Origin: a bacterium
GTDB taxonomy: Bacteria; Patescibacteriota; Minisyncoccia; Phycocordibacterales; UBA5272
Direction: 5' to 3'
NCBI GenBank assembly: GCA_043771335.1
Contig: JAYVHM010000001.1
Coordinates: forward strand, 92,901 to 156,900
Length of the DNA: 64,000 bases
Shown here: positions 59,368 to 64,000 of the stretch, piece after piece
Numbering within the stretch: the first letter of the stretch is position 1
How the letters are laid out: each line of letters begins with the position of its first letter
Notes under the pieces: model-generated
Told to the model about the DNA's origin: nothing
Seen by the model: only the letters and a program-made list of their open reading frames with translations
The model's database searches: none
Made by a program: the position numbers and the translations under genes

Positions 59368-61629
59368 TTAATGAGAAGTGTTGTCATTAGAACCTAAACC
59401 CTTAACGTCTCTTAATATTACTCTACCTAACACGAACAATATCATTATTAGTGCTAAAATAGCTACCCACTCTAACAATGTGCTCGGCAATACACTTATT
59501 GATTTTGAAGATTTTTCAATATCATTAGTTTTTGTATTTGAGTCTTTGTTTGTGTCAGTTACCGTAGAAATAACATAAGCAGTTACTTCATCTTTTAAAG
59601 TTTTACCTTTTGTATCTAATACTTCGTAAGATAAGTAAGAATTAAGTACTAAGCTTTTTCCGGCTGTAGCGTTATCATCAACTTTTAATTTGATGATTTT
59701 CTCTACCGTTTCTCCTGTTCTCACTCTTGCATCCTCTATAGTAATAGAGTTTTCAATAGCATCATACTCTCCGATATTCTTATCAACAAAAGTCATATCT
59801 TTTGGAGCTGTAATTTTGGCTATCACATTAGAGAGTGTTAGCTCTGAAGTATTTTTATAAGTTACTTTATAGTCTACAACACCTCCTTTTGTGATTTGAT
59901 TAGAGATAGCCTCTATCCTTACTGTCGCTAACTTCTCACCGCTTTTGATAATATCCTTATTACCATCTACGTCTTGGCAAGTAATGTCTATACCACCTTT
60001 ATCTGATTTTGGTGCTACATAAGTTATTACTTTTTTACTTTTTACATAAGTTACTACTTGTTTTGGTTTTGGAGCTGTGACTACTGGTATGTATTTTACA
60101 TAATCACTTGCTGTTCTAAAGCTCATAAGTTCACCCTTGTAAGTACCGTTTGCATTTACTATAACTGCTCTACAATAATATAAAGTATTTGGTTTAAGAT
60201 TAGTTATAAGGCTTGAGTATTGAGTGTTCATTTGATTGCCAATATTACCAGAATTAGTATTATGTCCAAGTGATTGAGTGGCTCCATACTCAAAGTATCC
60301 ATTAGTGTTAACCCCATTAGCTATCATCGCTACACCATTACACTTTGCACTGTTTTGCATGATTTGTGTTGGTACGGTAGTAACTACTCTGTGATTAATG
60401 GTTATTATATTTCTACAATAGTTATTGTAATCATTTTGAGAATAATAAGTTCTGCTATTTACAGTACAATACCAAGTTGGTGCAGTTACAGTTTTACAGT
60501 AGTTACTGTACTCATTTTCAGTGGTATAATAATATCCATTAATAGAACAGTATTTTTTACATCCATCAGCGTATGATTGATTGGTGGAATATGTCTGACC
60601 ATTTAATGCACAATACATTGTAGTTGGAGCTTTACAGATATTATTAAATTCATTCTGAGTATTATAATAGTATCCATTGTAAGTACAGTATAATCTACAT
60701 CCTGTATTATATGAATCTTGTGTATTATAAGTAGATCCATTTAATGAACAATACCAAGTCTGAGTATTTTTACAATAAGCATCATAAGCAGATTGTGATG
60801 AGTAGTATTGACCATTAATAGAACAATATATATTCACTACTGGAGCTTTACAGTAATTATTAAAGTCTGATTGAGAGTTATAATAATATCCATTAATAGA
60901 ACAGTATTTTTTACATCCATCAGCATAAGACTGTTGAGAATTATAAGTCTGTCCATTTAACGCACAATATAAGTTAACTACATTTTTACAATTAGCATCG
61001 TAAGTTGCTTGCGAGTTATAGTATTGACCGTTAATCGCACAATATATTCTAACTTCTGGAGCTTTACAATAATTGTTAAAGTCTGACTGAGAGTGATATG
61101 TCTGTCCGTTAATAGAACAGTATAAGTTAATAACTGGTAATGATGGTGTTACTGGTGTCGGGTAAGTATATATAGGGCTTGGTGTTGTATATATGGGTGC
61201 AGGATTTGTGTATATAGGATTAGTTGGATAAGTATATATAGGGCTTGGTGTTGTATATATAGGATTAGCTGGATATGTGTACACTGGATCGTTGTATACT
61301 GGATTTGTCGGATATGTATATACTGGATCGTTGTATATAGGCTGAGTATATACTGGGTCGTTATAAATTGGATCAGTATACACTGGGTCATTAGTGTATG
61401 TATTACAACTTCCATAATATTCACAACCATAAGACACCGTATCTACATTATTATTTGTGTAGCCAGTGTAATCAGTGTTGTCATAATTGTAGTCAGTAGT
61501 GTAGTTATAATCATAGTCATACTGAGCATAAACTGATTGCACTACTACAAAGTTAGCATTGAATAAAAATGCAAAAAGCATTGATGCTGTTAATGTTTTT
61601 TTACTGATATTTATAAGGATTTTTTTCAT
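59368..61629 (-). CDS. Cell-surface protein: signal peptide, P-x-Y-T repeats, ten 2-Cys ~24-aa repeats, Fn3-like domain, DUF11-like domain, C-terminal TM anchor
   Basis: Paralogous architecture to the 56734 gene; Fn3-like block is about 55% identical (TNGYFEYGAT...TLYYCRAVIVNANGTY); C-terminal LLEWVAILALIMILFVLG. Confidence 0.55.
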   Translation of the reverse strand: MKKILINISKKTLTASMLFAFLFNANFVVVQSVYAQYDYDYNYTTDYNYDNTDYTGYTNNNVDTVSYGCEYYGSCNTYTNDPVYTDPIYNDPVYTQPIYNDPVYTYPTNPVYNDPVYTYPANPIYTTPSPIYTYPTNPIYTNPAPIYTTPSPIYTYPTPVTPSLPVINLYCSINGQTYHSQSDFNNYCKAPEVRIYCAINGQYYNSQATYDANCKNVVNLYCALNGQTYNSQQSYADGCKKYCSINGYYYNSQSDFNNYCKAPVVNIYCSINGQYYSSQSAYDAYCKNTQTWYCSLNGSTYNTQDSYNTGCRLYCTYNGYYYNTQNEFNNICKAPTTMYCALNGQTYSTNQSYADGCKKYCSINGYYYTTENEYSNYCKTVTAPTWYCTVNSRTYYSQNDYNNYCRNIITINHRVVTTVPTQIMQNSAKCNGVAMIANGVNTNGYFEYGATQSLGHNTNSGNIGNQMNTQYSSLITNLKPNTLYYCRAVIVNANGTYKGELMSFRTASDYVKYIPVVTAPKPKQVVTYVKSKKVITYVAPKSDKGGIDITCQDVDGNKDIIKSGEKLATVRIEAISNQITKGGVVDYKVTYKNTSELTLSNVIAKITAPKDMTFVDKNIGEYDAIENSITIEDARVRTGETVEKIIKLKVDDNATAGKSLVLNSYLSYEVLDTKGKTLKDEVTAYVISTVTDTNKDSNTKTNDIEKSSKSISVLPSTLLEWVAILALIMILFVLGRVILRDVKGLGSNDNTSH
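60380..61125. repeat. Tandem ~72-bp (3-unit super-period ~216 bp) coding repeats encoding YCxxNGQxYxSQxxYxxxCK units
   Basis: Near-identical DNA blocks such as aatagaacagtattttttacatccatcagc recur. Confidence 0.65.
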
Positions 61630-61800
61630 AAGTTTTGTTTTTTAAATTTTTCTATATATTTTAATAATTCTCCATTTTTAACACCTATTTTAGGGTTTTA
61701 TTATTATATCATAATACTTTACAACTTGTCAAGTGCTATGTCTTACTAAAATTACTATTTTCTATATTTTACATAACACTACCATTTTTTAAGCAAAAAG

Positions 61801-61832
61801 AAAAGCCTAACTAATTTACATTAGTTAGGCTT
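61801..61832. repeat. Perfect inverted repeat AAGCCTAACTAA-tttaca-TTAGTTAGGCTT
   Basis: 12-bp stem read directly from the sequence. Confidence 0.6.
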
Positions 61833-61837
61833 ATTAA

Positions 61838-62001
61838 AGTCTATTTATAATCCGCACGACTCATTTTTGCGGTTTAAGCATATCAGTTTTTATGCTGAGA
61901 TAACTTATTGTTGACTGGAAAGTCTATTTATAATCCGCACGACTCATTTTTGCGGTTTAAGCATATCAGTTTTTATGCTGAGATAACTTATTGTTGACTG
62001 G
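61838..62001. repeat. Perfect 81-bp direct tandem duplication (two copies separated by aa)
   Basis: agtctatttataatccgcacgactcatttttgcggtttaagcatatcagtttttatgctgagataacttattgttgactgg at 61838..61918 and 61921..62001; copy 2 contains the last 12 codons of the 61966 gene. Confidence 0.9.
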
Positions 62002-62961
62002 TTTGTACTTTTCAGCAGTTACACAACCATTAGGGAGCTTGAAATGCTTAGTCATGTCTGGCCAAGCTTTCTTCTCAATCACTTCTTGGACCTTGTCGCA
62101 ATCATTCCCAGTAACTCCACCCAGTATCATGCGTGCATAGCCAGAACCTTCACCATTGGTCCAGTCAGTAACAGTAACAAGACCTGAAGTCTTGTCATGT
62201 CCAAGCTTGAACAGGCGACCATCTGTGGTACGAATACCGCAATAATCTGCATTCACTACTCCTTGAAAAGTTGCCACTGGCCGACTGCTACAACCTTGGG
62301 TGTGGCACACTTGACCAGTTACAGAATTACTTGGACGAGCGACGGAAATGTTTGGAGTAGCCCCTGGGACTTTCATTCCTGAATCATTCCAACCTTTCCA
62401 CTGATATTGGACAGTGCCTGCTACTTCAACACCCTGAATGAGATGAATTTTTTGTCCTGGTAAGTAACATAACCACTCACCACGATCATTCATTTTATCC
62501 AAAGTGCCTGAAGCTTGATCGCAAACTTTTTTTGCTTCGCATTTAGCATCACAAACAGTTTGCATCACTGTGCCCGCATGCACACCCTGCACTACACCTG
62601 GCAGCTGAGCCGTAACTGGTTCTGACATTTGATTACCAGGTAACCAGTTAGTGTAATTGGTGCATGGCGCTGCATGCCAAGCTTTGCTTGTTGGATGTTG
62701 AGCCATTTCAAAGCCAGTAGGAAGAACTACGAATTGATAACCCTGCACTGTTTCCATCTGGATACAGGTTGAGGATGTTAACTTTTCGCGCTTCCAAGAT
62801 TTTGGAGCTGGGCGGTTCAGGCTTGGTGAGTAGAACATTGATGTTCCGTCAGCAAGAGATGACTGACATTTTCCCAAATCAGCAAAGTAGATTTTGTTCT
62901 CTCCTGCTTGTACCATAAATGGAACAAGAGAGAAAAATAAAACAAAGAACCATTTTTTCAT
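61966..62961 (-). CDS. Secreted Cys-rich hypothetical protein in the higher-GC segment
   Basis: Signal peptide MKKWFFVLFFSLVPFMVQAG and about 20 Cys; codon usage is GC-rich and unlike the rest of the window. Confidence 0.45.
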   Translation of the reverse strand: MKKWFFVLFFSLVPFMVQAGENKIYFADLGKCQSSLADGTSMFYSPSLNRPAPKSWKREKLTSSTCIQMETVQGYQFVVLPTGFEMAQHPTSKAWHAAPCTNYTNWLPGNQMSEPVTAQLPGVVQGVHAGTVMQTVCDAKCEAKKVCDQASGTLDKMNDRGEWLCYLPGQKIHLIQGVEVAGTVQYQWKGWNDSGMKVPGATPNISVARPSNSVTGQVCHTQGCSSRPVATFQGVVNADYCGIRTTDGRLFKLGHDKTSGLVTVTDWTNGEGSGYARMILGGVTGNDCDKVQEVIEKKAWPDMTKHFKLPNGCVTAEKYKPVNNKLSQHKN

Positions 62962-63134
62962 GATAATTTCCTTTAAGAATAAGTAAGTTACTGGGTGCGG
63001 AATGCACTTAATTAACCTGGATCATGTACGTTGTATATTATACTCTTTTAAAACTATTTGTCAAGTAACTTACAAGAATTAGACAAAATAAAAAGCGAAG
63101 ATTTATTTTAATTTAAATCTTCGCTTTTGGTGAC

Positions 63135-63940
63135 CTAGATATTACAAACAATCAATTGACTTCCATCGGGATTTTTAATTCCTTTAGAAATCATTCTATT
63201 TGTCTCCACTTGATCTATACCGCTAACACACATTTTTTTTAACTGCTGTGTGGCGGTTGGTTTTACTGATGGTAAAGGCTTTGCATCATCTTGTTTAGGT
63301 GATGCGGGCGATTTTACCGCAGGCGGAGGGACTGGTGCTGCTTTTGGTATCACCGGTGACGCAGGCACTACAACTGCCGGAGCAGGAGGAGTAACTTGTG
63401 GCACCGGAACTACTTTTTTACAGCGCATGGACCGTTTTGACTCAAACAGTCAAGCAATTGCTTGCTTGCAGCTAACTCAGCTTTAAGTCTCGCATTGTCA
63501 GCATCAGCCAATGTGGCTAGGGCTGAGGATGAAGACGCTGCAGCGGGTACAGCTGCTGTAGAAATAGCAGTCAATGGTTTAACACTAATGTCTTTATCTG
63601 CCCATGGACGCCACGCAAGAACAAAGAGGACAATAGCACCCACCAGCATCAAAAACCAAAGTTTATACTTATCATAAACATCAATCTTTACACCGGAGAG
63701 ATGCTTAGCCACAGCATTTTCAATGTTGGTGTTCAATGCCTGAACACCAGCAGCAACATTTCCCTGAGAAGATACCCCTGACATACCTTGATTTTGATTT
63801 AAGGCAGCAGCAACACCACTCTGAGCGGCAATGTGCGTATGAGCAGACTGAATATCCATAGGATCAAATCCTTGAGCAAGAAGTGCTTGGTGATTAAGAC
63901 CCATTCTGATATGCCCTGCTATCTGTTCGATTACATTCAT
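63135..63940 (-). pseudogene. Frameshifted or split gene: N-terminal domain, TM, Ala-rich, then Pro-rich region and C-terminal domain (TolA/TonB/FimV-like architecture)
   Basis: ORFs 63410..63940 and 63135..63428 overlap in different frames at an A6 run (gtaaaaaagtag); a 1-nt change fuses ...GPCAVKK to VVPVPQVTPP... Confidence 0.4.
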
Positions 63941-64000
63941 GATTATCTCCTTTCAAAGAGTTGCGGGATCATTAGCCCGGGGATATTATCCCTAAATAAA

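Noticed and set aside
60380-61125. Calling the Cys repeats Kazal-type protease-inhibitor domains
   Set aside because: Only the NGxTY core resembles Kazal. The Cys number (2 versus 6) and spacing do not fit.

Overview
The window is AT-rich (about 28-30% GC), is densely packed with small genes, uses the standard genetic code (several ORFs longer than 800 aa run without stops), and most genes sit on the minus strand. The content resembles a reduced-genome, possibly CPR/Patescibacteria-like bacterium; that assignment is inference. Most of it is housekeeping: uvrA, uvrB, cysS, lysS, gatCA, ligA, polA, dnaK/grpE, rnr, tgt, trmD, rpsP, infA, tsaE, dus, bcp and ndk. There is a complete type IV pilus operon at 28.7-39.7 kb (pilM-N-O-B-T-C-pilA-pilD plus four pilin or pseudopilin genes). 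I found three tRNAs (two CAT-anticodon tRNAs and tRNA-Thr GGT), a 54-aa histone H1-like Lys/Ala-repeat gene, and several rho-independent terminators. A recurrent extended -10 promoter (TGTGTTATAAT / TGnTATAAT) sits 5-7 nt upstream of ATG, implying leaderless mRNAs, and it generates false M-C/L-Y-N N-termini in the longest-ORF track. The things most worth a second look are listed below. The last ~2 kb (61.97-64.0 kb) jumps to 45-52% GC, carries non-native-looking secreted or periplasmic genes, and is bounded by a perfect 81-bp tandem duplication plus a 12-bp-stem inverted repeat. A tRNA-adjacent membrane protein (23520..24830) combines thrombospondin-type-3 Ca-binding repeats, a His-rich segment and a C-terminal HEPN-like R-x4-H motif. 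A surface-protein locus (56.7-61.6 kb) has two paralogous anchored proteins, one with ten novel 2-Cys repeats, flanking a Tat-signal protein. There are two tightly packed minus-strand clusters of small enzymes: kinase-like fold / DUF1905 / EEP nuclease / CapA metallophosphatase, and P-loop kinase / short MGMT / MazG-like. A pair of divergent tandem paralogues shares a conserved promoter. No CRISPR array, reverse transcriptase or recognisable defence-system hallmark was seen. All calls rest on motifs read from the sequence, not on database searches.
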